Positions 34,773 to 45,700 of a stretch of 64,000 nt of DNA are shown here, piece by piece. The translations under genes were made by a program, and so were the position numbers. The stretch covers positions 31,805 to 95,804 of the forward strand of contig CAZEAI010000003.1 in assembly GCA_964510105.1 (NCBI GenBank), read 5' to 3'. The notes below the pieces were generated by a model. That model made no database searches. It was not told the DNA's origin and saw only the letters and a list, made by a program, of their open reading frames with translations. Position 1 is the stretch's first letter. Each line of letters begins with the position of its first letter. The DNA comes from an uncultured bacterium. Lineage in GTDB: Bacteria; Latescibacterota; MWCZ01.

Positions 34773-36290
34773 ATGGCACTGACACCTCAGGACGCATATC
34801 AGAAGCTCATCGAGCGGTCGAAGCAGGTTGGTCTCCTGGCCACGGTCGGAAGCCTGCTCCACTGGGATATGGAAACCGGCATGCCCGACGGCGGCTCGCA
34901 GCACCGCGGTGAGCAGCTCTCGCTGCTCTCGGGGATGGCGCATGAGCAGTTCGTCGACCCCGCGATGGGCGAATGGCTTGGCGCAGTGGAGGGCAGCGAC
35001 GTCGTCGCCGATCCCGCTTCCGACGCGGCGGTGAACGTCCGCGAATTGCGGCGCGAGTACGACCGCGAGGTGAAGGTGCCGAAAAGGCTGGTCGAGGAAC
35101 TCGCCCGCGTGACCTCGGAGGCGCACGTCGTCTGGCGGGATGCACGCGAGGAGAGCGACTTCCCCGCCTTCGCGCCGATACTGCAGCGCATTGTCGAACT
35201 CACCCGCGAGCAGGCCGACGCCATCGCCAGCGGCACGACGCGCTATGAAACGCTCATGGACGCCTATGAGCCCGGCATGACGACCTCGGAAATGCAGGGC
35301 GTCTTCGACAGTCTCATCAACGACGCGAAGCCGCTTCTCGACGCGGTGATGGCTTCCGGCAAGAAGCCTGACAAGACGATTCTCACGCGGTACTACGAGC
35401 CGGATGGCCAGGAAGCGCTGACGGGTATCATCGCGCAACTTGTCGGGTTCGACCTGCAAAGCGGCGCCATCGCGGAGAGCACCCACCCATTCACCACGGG
35501 GATCGGCGCCGGAGACACGCGTTTCACCACGCGGTACTATCCGAACGAGCTGAACGTGTCGGTCTTCGGCACGCTGCACGAGGCGGGCCACGGGCTCTAC
35601 GACCAGGGGCTGCTCGTCGAACAGCACGGTACGCCCATGGGCGAATCGGTTTCGCTGGGCATACACGAGTCGCAGTCTCGCATGTGGGAGAACCTCGTCG
35701 GCAGGAGCCGGGCGTTCTGGAAGTTCGCGCTCCCGATAGCTCGCGGCGTCTTCCCGCAGAAGCTGGCGGGCGTGTCGCTGGACGACTTCGTATGGGCGAT
35801 CAACGACGTGGAGCCATCGTTCATCCGCGTCGAGGCCGACGAAGCGACGTATAACATGCACATCATGCTTCGCTTCGAAATCGAGCAGAAGATCATCGCA
35901 GGCGATCTCGACGTAGCCGATATCCCGTCCGCATGGAACGAGCGATTCACCGAGCTTCTCGGCATCACGCCGCCGGACGACGCGCACGGCTGTCTGCAGG
36001 ACGTCCACTGGTCGGGCGGGATGTTCGGCTACTTCCCGACGTACACCCTGGGCAATCTGTACAGCGCGCAGTTCTTCGAGAAGGCCCGTGAGGACCTGGG
36101 CGACCTCGACGAGATGTTCGCGCGCGGTGAGTTCGCGCCGTTACTCGGCTGGCTGCGCGAGAACATCCACGTGCACGGGATGAAGTATCGGGCGAGCGAG
36201 TTGGTGAAGCGCGTCACCGGTAAGCCGCTCAGCCACGAACCGCTGGTGCGTTACATGAAGGCGAAGTTTGGGCCGCTCTACGGCATCTGA
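34773..36290 (+). CDS. M32 family carboxypeptidase (Taq-type metallocarboxypeptidase)
   Basis: HPFTTG motif, zinc site HEAGHGLYDQG (HExxH), IRVEADE and GYFPTY conserved segments of M32. Confidence 0.8.
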   Translation: MALTPQDAYQKLIERSKQVGLLATVGSLLHWDMETGMPDGGSQHRGEQLSLLSGMAHEQFVDPAMGEWLGAVEGSDVVADPASDAAVNVRELRREYDREVKVPKRLVEELARVTSEAHVVWRDAREESDFPAFAPILQRIVELTREQADAIASGTTRYETLMDAYEPGMTTSEMQGVFDSLINDAKPLLDAVMASGKKPDKTILTRYYEPDGQEALTGIIAQLVGFDLQSGAIAESTHPFTTGIGAGDTRFTTRYYPNELNVSVFGTLHEAGHGLYDQGLLVEQHGTPMGESVSLGIHESQSRMWENLVGRSRAFWKFALPIARGVFPQKLAGVSLDDFVWAINDVEPSFIRVEADEATYNMHIMLRFEIEQKIIAGDLDVADIPSAWNERFTELLGITPPDDAHGCLQDVHWSGGMFGYFPTYTLGNLYSAQFFEKAREDLGDLDEMFARGEFAPLLGWLRENIHVHGMKYRASELVKRVTGKPLSHEPLVRYMKAKFGPLYGI

Positions 36291-36313
36291 GCGACCCGGG
36301 TCACGGAGCACCG

Positions 36314-37573
36314 ATGGGTTACGAGTTCTTCATCGCGAAACGCTATCTGCGGCCCAAGCGCTCGCAGCTATTCGTCAGCCTGACAACGGTGTTGACGATG
36401 CTGGGCGTGACGTTGGGCGTCGCGGCGCTGATTGTCGTGCTCTCCGGCATGAATGGCTTTGCCGGAGAGATACTGCGGCAGCTCATCGGGATGAACGCGC
36501 ATCTGTGGGTGCGCTCGCACTCGACGCTGCTCGTTCCGACGGACAAGATGATACAGCGCGTCCGCGGAACGCCGGGCGTAACCGGCGTCGCCCCGACGAT
36601 CTACGAGGAGACGCTCCTGACCAGCCGCTACGGCAAGCAGACCGGAGCGCAGATCAAAGCGGTGGATTCGCTCTCTATCGGCGAGGTGTCGAACATCATC
36701 GAACTGCTCGACAAGGACACCGTCAACAGCGTCGGCTACTTCGACATTGGGCGCAACGCCGAGAGCGGGAACGTGCCGGGTATGGTCGTGGGCTGGCAAC
36801 TCGCGCACAAGCTGGAGGTGTACATCGGCGACCAGGTGTTCGTCGTGATACCTCCGACTGATACGTCGGCGCCGGTCTGGATGGCGCAGCCGCGCATCGT
36901 GCCGTTCCGCATCACGGGCATATTCAAATCCGGCTTCTTCGAGTTCGACGCGGCGCTTGCCGTTATCGACATCGCGGAGGCGCAGGACATCTTCGACATG
37001 GGGGAGAACATCTCCGCCATTGAGGTAAAACTCGAGGACGCGTTCACCGCCGAAGCCGTGGCCGGAGAGATCAGGGAGAAGTTCGGAGGCTACCCGTACT
37101 ACACCACGACGTGGGTGGAGCTTAACGGCGGATTGTACAAGTGGCTCATGATTGAGAAATGGTTCGCCTTCGTCATTCTCAGTCTGATCATCATCGTGGC
37201 CGCGTTCAACATCGTGAGCACGCTGAGCATGGTCGTCCTGGACAAGACGCGTGAGATCGGCATACTGAAAGCGATGGGCGCCACCGCCAGGGAGATATCC
37301 CGCATATTCCTCTGGCAGGGGCTGGTCGTAGGGGTCGTCGGCACAATGAGCGGCGGCGCGCTCGGGTATTTCCTCTGCTGGCTGCAGGACGAGTACAAGG
37401 TCGTGCGGCTACCGGCGGAGCTGTACCAGGTAAGCGCGTTCCCCGTTCTGATGCAGATCAGCGACTTCGTGGCTATCGGATCGGCGACGCTTGTGATCTG
37501 CCTCGCATCGGCGGTCTACCCTGCATGGAAAGCGGCTCGGCTGAAGCCGGTGGAGGCGATTCGCCATGAGTAG
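36314..37573 (+). CDS. lipoprotein-releasing system permease LolC/LolE (FtsX-like/MacB periplasmic domain)
   Basis: N-terminus FIAKRYLRPKRSQLFVSLTTV, four TM helices, large periplasmic loop, C-terminal FtsX motif. It precedes lolD. Confidence 0.75.
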   Translation: MGYEFFIAKRYLRPKRSQLFVSLTTVLTMLGVTLGVAALIVVLSGMNGFAGEILRQLIGMNAHLWVRSHSTLLVPTDKMIQRVRGTPGVTGVAPTIYEETLLTSRYGKQTGAQIKAVDSLSIGEVSNIIELLDKDTVNSVGYFDIGRNAESGNVPGMVVGWQLAHKLEVYIGDQVFVVIPPTDTSAPVWMAQPRIVPFRITGIFKSGFFEFDAALAVIDIAEAQDIFDMGENISAIEVKLEDAFTAEAVAGEIREKFGGYPYYTTTWVELNGGLYKWLMIEKWFAFVILSLIIIVAAFNIVSTLSMVVLDKTREIGILKAMGATAREISRIFLWQGLVVGVVGTMSGGALGYFLCWLQDEYKVVRLPAELYQVSAFPVLMQISDFVAIGSATLVICLASAVYPAWKAARLKPVEAIRHE

Positions 37574-38321
37574 TCAGGCGACTTCCCCTCCGGCGGAGAT
37601 CGCCGTTGAGTGCCGCGCTCTCGTGAAGAGCTATCCCACGCCGGAGGGCGATCTGCCGGTACTCACCGGCGTCGATCTGGAAATACGACGTGGCGAGATC
37701 GGCGCGGTAACCGGCGAATCCGGCGCGGGCAAGAGCACGTTGCTGCACCTGCTCGGCGGACTCGACCGCCCAACATCCGGCGAGATCGCAGTGGACGGCG
37801 TGGAGCTGTCGCGGATATCCGACGGCGAGCTTGCGACGTTCAGAAACCGGCAGATCGGCTTCGTATTCCAGTTCCACTACCTGCTCCCCGACTTCACCGC
37901 GGTGGAGAACGTCGCGATGCCCGGCCTGATGGCCGGCGTACCGGCCTCGGAAGCCCATGCAACGGCTGAGGCGCTCCTCGAGGCCGTGGAGCTGTCGACC
38001 AGAAGACATCACCGCCCGAGCGAACTCAGCGGCGGGGAGCAACAGCGCGTCGCCGTGGCGCGCGCGCTCTTGAACAGCCCGTCCGTGGTACTCGCGGACG
38101 AGCCGTCGGGCAACCTTGATCACCGGCACAGCAAGCAGCTCCATGATCTCATGTGGAGTCTCGCTCGGGAACGAGGAGCGACGTTCGTGATCGCAACTCA
38201 CGACCGGGATCTGGCAATGCGCGCGGACAGGCAGATCGCGCTTGCGGACGGCGTAGCACAGGAACTTTCGGATGCAGGCAGGGCGTCGTACCTTATGGAC
38301 GGTACGCCCTCCGAACGGTAG
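37566..38321 (+). CDS. lolD: lipoprotein-releasing system ATP-binding protein LolD (ABC ATPase)
   Basis: Walker A (GESGAGKST), ABC signature (LSGGEQQRVAVARAL), Walker B (VLADEPSGNLD). 8-bp overlap with the permease gene. Confidence 0.8.
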   Translation: MSSQATSPPAEIAVECRALVKSYPTPEGDLPVLTGVDLEIRRGEIGAVTGESGAGKSTLLHLLGGLDRPTSGEIAVDGVELSRISDGELATFRNRQIGFVFQFHYLLPDFTAVENVAMPGLMAGVPASEAHATAEALLEAVELSTRRHHRPSELSGGEQQRVAVARALLNSPSVVLADEPSGNLDHRHSKQLHDLMWSLARERGATFVIATHDRDLAMRADRQIALADGVAQELSDAGRASYLMDGTPSER

Positions 38322-38394
38322 GCGACAGCCTGCGAAGCACTCAGCGCGCCTCGTCGCGGGGCGGCGATTCCCCTCATATCGGTAACGGGCAGCC

Positions 38395-38931
38395 ATGCAG
38401 TGTCAGCGGTGTAGTGAAAACGAAGCGACGGTCGCCGTAACGACCGTGGTCGAGGACGACCGTTCGACCGAGCACCTCTGCCGCGTCTGCGCAAAAGAGG
38501 CCGGTGTGGAACTTGGCGCGGAGTGGTCACCGGCGAAGGAGACAACGTCGCCCATGCAGGATGCGAGTGGCGAGCCGATTGCGCACGACGAAGAAGAGGA
38601 ACTCGTGTGTCCGCGATGCGGGCTTTCGTTCCGGCAGTTCAAGGAACGATACCGGGTAGGGTGCGCCGAGTGCTACGATGCATTTCGCGAGCGCATGTCG
38701 CCGCTTCTGCGAAAGGTCCACTCCGCCGATGCTCACACCGGCAAACGGCCCGGCGGAACGAAGCAGGCCGGAGCGGCTGAGAACGACGCCTGGGCGATAG
38801 AAGTGCTGAAGCGACGACTGCAAGCCGCGGTTGAGCGTGAAGAGTTCGAAGAGGCGGCGGGGCTGCGCGACCAGATCAACGAGTACGAGCGTCGCCAGAG
38901 CGCAGACCTCGAGGAGCCGGACGGGCAATGA
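38395..38931 (+). CDS. mcsA: McsA-like protein-arginine kinase activator (double CxxC zinc fingers + UVR motif)
   Basis: CQRCSE...CRVCAKE and CPRCG...CAECYDAF zinc-finger pairs. UvrB/C-like motif (EEFEEAAGLRDQINEYE). Confidence 0.7.
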   Translation: MQCQRCSENEATVAVTTVVEDDRSTEHLCRVCAKEAGVELGAEWSPAKETTSPMQDASGEPIAHDEEEELVCPRCGLSFRQFKERYRVGCAECYDAFRERMSPLLRKVHSADAHTGKRPGGTKQAGAAENDAWAIEVLKRRLQAAVEREEFEEAAGLRDQINEYERRQSADLEEPDGQ

Positions 38932-39986
38932 AGCTCCATGACCTGGTAGATCATTCCGCGGCGTGGCTGGACGCCTCGGGCCCGTACTCCGATGTGATCG
39001 TGTCGAGCCGCGTCAGGCTGGCCCGTAATCTGAGAACCGTACCGTTCACGACTCAGAGCACGCCCGACGAAGAGATCGGGGTCGTCGAAGCCGTGCTTGG
39101 CGCCGCGCAATCGTCCCCCCATCTGCGGGACGGGACGTACTTCGACGTGGCTGCCATGACGGAGGACGACCGGCAGCTCCTGGTCGAACGGCGCCTCATC
39201 AGCCCGGCGCTGGCCCTGCGGAAGGGGCGAGGCGGCGTGCTCGTGGGGCCCCACGAACGTTTCAGCATCATGATCAACGAGGAGGATCACCTACGTTTCC
39301 AGGCGCTCTTCGCCGGGTTTGAGCCGGAGACCGCGTGGTCGCTCGTTGACAGCATCGACGACGATATCTGCGGCGGTCTGGACATCGCTTTCGACGAACA
39401 GATGGGCTACCTGACCGCGTGCCCGACGAACATCGGCACGGGACTGCGCGCCTCAACGCTCATCCATCTGCCGGGACTCGTGCTGGTGGAGTCGATCGAA
39501 GAGGTGCTCCGAGGGATCAACCAGGTGGGCCTCACCGTAAGAGGATTTTACGGGGAGGGCACTGAAGTCGTCGGTAGTTTGTTTCAAGTATCGAACCAGG
39601 TGACGCTCGGAACGTCCGAGTCGGATATCCTGGAAATGCTGGCACGAGTCGTGCGACAGATCATCGACTACGAATACGACGCTCGGCAGACGCTCCTACG
39701 GGACGCAGAGGCGCAGATTGAGGACAAGATCGGCCGGGCAATCGGGATACTCACTCACGCGCACGTTCTGAGCGGCCAGGAGTTCATGAACCTGACCTCG
39801 GCAGTCCGGCTCGGAGTCGGGCTCGGCATACTGAAGCGCCCTGAGACGAAGTTGCTGAACGAACTCATGGTGCAGACGCAGCCGTCGCACATTCAGCGCC
39901 GGGCGGGTTCCCCGGTTGAAAGCGACGAACGCGATCAGCACCGTGCGGAGCTAGTGCGTTCCCGGCTCGCCAACGGCACGACGTAA
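38928..39986 (+). CDS. mcsB: protein-arginine kinase McsB (ATP:guanido phosphotransferase)
   Basis: Phosphagen-kinase active-site motif CPTNIGTGLRAS and flanking conserved segments. 4-bp overlap with mcsA. Confidence 0.85.
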   Translation: MKLHDLVDHSAAWLDASGPYSDVIVSSRVRLARNLRTVPFTTQSTPDEEIGVVEAVLGAAQSSPHLRDGTYFDVAAMTEDDRQLLVERRLISPALALRKGRGGVLVGPHERFSIMINEEDHLRFQALFAGFEPETAWSLVDSIDDDICGGLDIAFDEQMGYLTACPTNIGTGLRASTLIHLPGLVLVESIEEVLRGINQVGLTVRGFYGEGTEVVGSLFQVSNQVTLGTSESDILEMLARVVRQIIDYEYDARQTLLRDAEAQIEDKIGRAIGILTHAHVLSGQEFMNLTSAVRLGVGLGILKRPETKLLNELMVQTQPSHIQRRAGSPVESDERDQHRAELVRSRLANGTT

Positions 39987-40097
39987 GCGAGTCGGCTATC
40001 GCAGCAACGTAGCGCTCCGGAAGGCAGCGAGTCAGCGTCAGGGCAACACGTTACCTCAACACTACCCGCAGTACATAATGAGTCGGAGGCCATCTCC

Positions 40098-42608
40098 ATG
40101 GATCAGATGTTTACGGAACGCGTCAAGAAGGTGATGATTCTCGCTCGCGAGGAGTCTCAGCGTCTCGGGCACGACTATGTCGGCACCGAGCATCTTCTGC
40201 TGGGACTCATCAAGGAGGGCGAGGGAGTCGCCATCACGGTCCTGACTAACCTCGGGCAGGACCCCGATACCATTCGCCAGTCCGTAGAGGACGCGGTGGC
40301 TCAGACCGGCGGCCAGATGCTCATGGGGCAGGCGCCGTTCACACCGAAGGCGAAGGAGATCCTCGATCTCGCGACGAAAGAGGCGAAGGAGATGAAGGTG
40401 CAGTACGTCGGCACCGAGCATCTCCTGCTGGCGCTGACGAAGGATCGCGAGAGCGTGGCCGCGCAGATACTCACGGCGCTCGGCGCGGACTACAAGACGA
40501 TCAAGGAAGAGATCATCTCCGTCATCACCGGCGGCGGCAAGGCGGGGCAGCCTAAGGACAAGAAGAGCAAGACGCCCTTCCTCGACCACTTCGGCCGCGA
40601 CCTCACGAAAATGGCGCGCGAAGACGCACTCGATCCCATCATCGGTCGCGAGAAAGAAATCGAGCGAGTCAGTCAGGTGCTCAGCCGGCGGAAGAAGAAC
40701 AATCCGGTGTTGATCGGGGAACCGGGCGTCGGTAAGACGGCGATCGCCGAAGGACTCGCGCAGAAAATCATCGCGAAGGAAGTACCCCACGTCCTCGAGA
40801 ACAAGCGTGTGGTGACGCTCGACATGGGCGGCATCGTCGCGGGAACGAAGTACCGCGGTCAGTTCGAGGAGCGCGTCAAGGCGATCATGAATGAGCTGGT
40901 GCAGAACCGCGAAGTGATCATCTTCATCGACGAGCTGCACACGATCGTCGGCGCGGGGTCCGCAGAAGGGACGCTGGACGCCTCCAACCTGTTCAAGCCG
41001 GCGCTTTCGCGGGGCGAGCTTCAGTGCATCGGCGCGACGACACTCGACGAGTACCGGAAGTACATCGAGAAGGACGGAGCGCTCGAACGACGGTTCCAGA
41101 CGATCATGATCGAGCCGCCCTCGCAGGAGGACACAGTCCAGATACTGCTCGGATTGCGCCCGAAATACGAGGAGCATCACCGGGTGCAATATCCGGACGC
41201 TTCGATCGAGTCCGCGGTCATTATGGCTGAACGCTACCTCCACGACCGGTACCAGCCGGACAAGTCGCTCGACGTGATCGACGAAGCTGGGTCGCGCGTG
41301 CGTCTCAGTCGCGTGTCCGTCCCCGATGAAGTGAAGGAACTCGAGGTCCAGATCGCCGACATCGAACGCCAAAAGGAAAGCGCGGTCAACGAGCAGGAGT
41401 TCGAGAATGCCGCGAACCTGCGCGACACGGAACGGCGCCTGCTCGAACAGCTTGCGGCTGCGCGCAAGGACTGGGAGCAGTCGCGCGAGCACGATGTCGT
41501 GGAGGTCACCGAGGACGATATCGCATACGTCGTCAGCAACATGACGGGCATCCCGGTGTTCCGGCTGGCGAAGGACGAATCGACGAAGTTGCTTCACATG
41601 GATGACGAGCTTCAGAAGCGAGTCGTCGGACAGGAGAACGCGATCAGCGCCGTCTCGCGAGCCATCAGGCGGTCTCGCAGTGGGCTGAAGGACCCGAACA
41701 GGCCCATCGGTTCGTTCGTGTTCCTCGGCCCGACCGGCGTTGGCAAGACGGAACTTGGCAAGGCTCTCGCGTCGCAGCTTTTCGACGACGAGGACGCGGC
41801 GATCATCATCGACATGTCGGAGTTCATGGAGAAGTTCGCTGTAAGCCGTCTCGTGGGAGCGCCCCCGGGCTACGTCGGATACGACGAAGGCGGGCAGCTC
41901 ACGGAGAAGGTGCGGCGGAAGCCCTACTCGGTGATTCTCCTGGATGAGGTGGAAAAGGCGCACCCGGATGTGTTCAACATCCTGCTCCAGGTGCTCGACG
42001 ACGGCCGTCTCACCGACAGCTACGGTCGGAAGGTCGATTTCCGGAACACGATCCTCATCATGACGTCGAATCTGGGTAGCCGGGATATCGGCGACCTGAC
42101 GGGGTTCGGCTTCACGGCCCGCGATGGAATCCCCTCGCGCTCCGAGATGGAGACGGCCATTAACCGTGAACTCAAGCAGGCATTCAATCCGGAGTTCCTG
42201 AATCGTATCGACGAGGTCGTGATCTTCAACACGCTCACACATGAGAACATGCTGGAAATCTGCGACATCGTCATCGCCGACGTGCGGAAGCGCGTGGTGG
42301 ACCGCGCGCTCTCGATCGAGCTCGGCGACGATGCGAGGAATCTCCTGGCGGAGAAGGGCTTCGATCCGAAACTCGGTGCCCGTCCCCTGAAGCGCACCAT
42401 CCAGCGACTGCTGGAGGATCCGCTATCGGAGGAGATTCTCGCCGGGAAGTTCGCCGATGGCTCGACGATCCTCGTGGGCACAGACGGCGAAGCTTTGACC
42501 TTCACGTTGGCGGACACGCCGGATGCTGGGTCGGACAACGGCGGGGATGGAGGCTCGGGAACCGCCGAGCCGACGGAACCTGTCTCCGTCGACGCGGAAT
42601 CGAACTGA
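40098..42608 (+). CDS. clpC: ATP-dependent Clp protease ATP-binding subunit ClpC
   Basis: Double Clp_N repeats, two AAA+ modules (GEPGVGKT; GPTGVGKT), UVR motif between modules, sensor and ClpB_D2-small. 836 aa. Confidence 0.9.
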   Translation: MDQMFTERVKKVMILAREESQRLGHDYVGTEHLLLGLIKEGEGVAITVLTNLGQDPDTIRQSVEDAVAQTGGQMLMGQAPFTPKAKEILDLATKEAKEMKVQYVGTEHLLLALTKDRESVAAQILTALGADYKTIKEEIISVITGGGKAGQPKDKKSKTPFLDHFGRDLTKMAREDALDPIIGREKEIERVSQVLSRRKKNNPVLIGEPGVGKTAIAEGLAQKIIAKEVPHVLENKRVVTLDMGGIVAGTKYRGQFEERVKAIMNELVQNREVIIFIDELHTIVGAGSAEGTLDASNLFKPALSRGELQCIGATTLDEYRKYIEKDGALERRFQTIMIEPPSQEDTVQILLGLRPKYEEHHRVQYPDASIESAVIMAERYLHDRYQPDKSLDVIDEAGSRVRLSRVSVPDEVKELEVQIADIERQKESAVNEQEFENAANLRDTERRLLEQLAAARKDWEQSREHDVVEVTEDDIAYVVSNMTGIPVFRLAKDESTKLLHMDDELQKRVVGQENAISAVSRAIRRSRSGLKDPNRPIGSFVFLGPTGVGKTELGKALASQLFDDEDAAIIIDMSEFMEKFAVSRLVGAPPGYVGYDEGGQLTEKVRRKPYSVILLDEVEKAHPDVFNILLQVLDDGRLTDSYGRKVDFRNTILIMTSNLGSRDIGDLTGFGFTARDGIPSRSEMETAINRELKQAFNPEFLNRIDEVVIFNTLTHENMLEICDIVIADVRKRVVDRALSIELGDDARNLLAEKGFDPKLGARPLKRTIQRLLEDPLSEEILAGKFADGSTILVGTDGEALTFTLADTPDAGSDNGGDGGSGTAEPTEPVSVDAESN

Positions 42609-42632
42609 GCCCGGGCCGCACGTAACGGACCA

Positions 42633-42678
42633 CCGGAGTCCTGTCTCTCAACGAGGCGGGACTCCGGTTCTCGTTCTG
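42633..42678 (+). terminator. rho-independent terminator downstream of clpC
   Basis: CCGGAGTCC-(loop)-GGGACTCCGG stem followed by TTCTCGTTCTG. Confidence 0.6.
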
Positions 42679-42797
42679 CCCAAGCGAATGATCGCGCCTG
42701 GGCAGCCTCGCCGTGGCGGACCGGACGTGTTCCAGCTATTCTTAGAGATTGGCCCCCAACTCGCAATCGTGCGACTCAACACTCGCGGTAGTCCCTT

Positions 42798-45700
42798 ATG
42801 GCCCAACCTGTGCGACACCGACACCGGTGGCTGACGCCGACGCTGATCGTCGTCGGCGTGCTGACGATCGCAGTGGGACTGTGGGCGGCTCGCACGGTAT
42901 ATCTGCTGGCGGAGAACCTGCGGGAAATCGTCTCCTCGGAGTTCTCGGCTCGAACCGGAGGAACGGTTCGGGTGGCCGATCTCTCGTGGAACTGGCGCTA
43001 TCTGGAGTTCACGTCTGTCGAAGCGGACGCGCCGATGCTGCCCGGCGCGGTGCACCTCCCGACGGTGCGCGTGCACGTGCGGCTTCGCGCCGCGATGGCT
43101 CGCGATCTTCTGGCCGCGGTCGACCGCATCGAACTCGCCTCTCCCACCGTGGTTGTGGACAGAAGCATCGTCGAGCGGGCGAAACAGTGGCGCGACCAGC
43201 CCCCCGTGGACGATGTCGGGCCAATCCCGCGAATGGAGATCGTCGTCGATGATGGCACGGTTCTCTGGCGCGAGGAAGGCACTGACAGCACGGTAGCCGT
43301 CGCGACAGGCATTTCCGGCTGGGTGTCCGTCTCGGATGACGTCGTCCTGAACGTGAGCGGCAGCCTGCTCAGCGGTGAGGTGAACGCGGCAGCCCGGGGA
43401 GTGATCCCGCTCAACGGCGGCAGGCCCGAGGTGGAGCTGTCGGCCGTTCACGTCGATCTGCGCCGCTTCGATCTCGCGGCCGTCGGTTCCGCGGAGGGTC
43501 GAGCGGACCTCTCCGTATCGCTGAACGAGGAAGTGACGGCGCGCCTGGCCCTCACGGGCGCCGAGTTCATCACACGTGACGACATACGGATCGGTCCGAT
43601 CACTACGGAAGTCGCGATCGATGGCAACGCGGCAAGCTGGACGCAGACGGACCTGCCCATCGGCGGGCTGATCCTGAGCACAGTCGGATGCGTGACCTGG
43701 GGCGATGAGCCGTTCATCGACGCACAGGCACGCTGGTCCGGCGACGTGGATCGGCTTGGCAATCTAGTGAGCGATCGGCTGGCGGAACTGCGCGGGAACG
43801 TTCGCGGCAGAATCGACGTGTCGGGACCGCTCAAGAGCCCATCCATCGTATTCGACGCCATGTCGGATTCGCTCCGAGCCGGTCGCCTGATCCTCAGCCG
43901 CATCGGACTCCGAGGGCACACGGAGCCGATGGCCGATGGGCAGGATTCACCGCAGCTAACGTTGGACACGTTCGGCGCCACGTTCGGCAACGACCGCATC
44001 GACGGGACCGGCAGCGCGACGCTGTCTCCTCTCGACGTAGCACTACGGCTGCGCCCCGCCCGGATCCGTCTGGCGTCGCACGAGTCACTTGCCGACGCGG
44101 AGATCACGGGCAGCGTCGTCGTATCTGGCGAAGCCCGGCTGCGCCCCTCCGGGTCCACCGCGTCGCTCCGCATCTCGGATGTCGACGCGCGGATCTCGGG
44201 CCGTTCCCCACCGCTGAGAAGCATCACGGCCACGTATGACTCCTCGGGCATGCTCAGCCTCGCCGGGCATGGACCGGGCCTCGTACTCGCGGCGATCGTC
44301 GACGAAGACAGTCTGCTTGGCGCCCGCCTGACGGGCTCGCTGGACATCTCCGACTACTCGCTGCCGCTCGGCGACCCGCCGGCGGGTGCGCGTGGAGCCC
44401 TGGCGTTCTCGGCAGACGCCAGCGGCCTGCAGCTTGGCGGCGACGTGATCCTTCAGCCTCACAACAGGGACGCGTTCCCGGTGTCCGTCCAGGTGGAGAG
44501 CCGATTCTCGGAGCCGGGCAGTACGACCGTGCGGCTCGCAACGACTTCACTTCCGTACTCGGTGCTGAGACTGGATGCGAACGCCGTGCTCACACTCGAA
44601 AACGGCTCGTGGAGCGTTCAGGGATGGGCCTGGCGCGGCGCGCTGCAGTTCGGCGGGAGGATCGGCGGCGCACGAGATTTCGCCGCGCTTATCCGTGTGC
44701 ACAGAGCCCCCGTGGAGGAGTTGTCCGGCGTCATCCGGATGGACAAGTTCATGACCGCCGGCACCGTCTCCGGGCGTCTGCGCATTGAGAGTACACCCAC
44801 GCGCGGGCTCTCCGGAAGCGGCGATTTCACCATCAGCGACATGACCATGAAGCAAGTGGACTCTCTGCAAGCAAGCGCCAGCATCAACATCACTCCGGCA
44901 GAGGTGTCGTGGAAATCGGGTCCGGTCACGCGAAACGGACGGACCATGGCGTTCACCTCGGGCTCGTACGCCATCCGCAATCGAGTCGCGTCCATAGACA
45001 TCTGGGGCCCTCCGGACGGAAGGATAGAGCATGGTCTCGCGCTCGGGGGGGTATCGCTCAACGCATCGGGAGACGCGCTCTGGTCGGTCGGCATAGTCGA
45101 TACCACGGGCGACGTTCACCCGGCCCGCCTCGACATTGAAGTCCTCGCCACCGACGGCGAACTGCTCACCATACCGTTCGACACCACGCAGATACGCCTG
45201 AACGGAAACACGCACTGGCTGGACTTGGAATACGCGTATCTCTCGAAACACAGATTCTACACGGCTGCGGCCGACGTGGGGCGAGTGCCGGTGGCCCCGC
45301 CCGATGGTGGCGAGTTCGACATCCCGATTCACGTCCGCGATGAGCCTGGGAACGACGTTCTCTGGCTGCTCACACGGCTCATCGACCAGGGCGTCGACGG
45401 CAACGGCTCGGGGCAGGCGTACATCCGAGTGGCCGGGCCGAGCTCGGAGGTCGTGATCGGGGAGGGCTGGGTCCAGATCGACGACGGCACGCTGCGATGG
45501 CCCGGGGGCATCTGGCCTGAGTGGCAACAACTCACAGGTAGGGCTGCGATCGCGCCGGGAGAGCGCTTCATCCGGCTGGAGAACCTGTCGGCCTCCGTCG
45601 GAACCGGGTTCGTGACGGTGAGCAACACTCCGGCGAGCGGGATGGGCGCCACGGCACTCACGATTCCGGCCATAGGGGCGAGCCTGGGAACGCTCCAGAT

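Noticed and set aside
34404-36008. 534-aa ORF on the minus strand
   Set aside because: It is entirely antisense to the well-supported M32 carboxypeptidase gene (HPF/HExxH motifs on the plus strand). Long antisense ORFs are expected by chance in high-GC DNA because stop codons are AT-rich.
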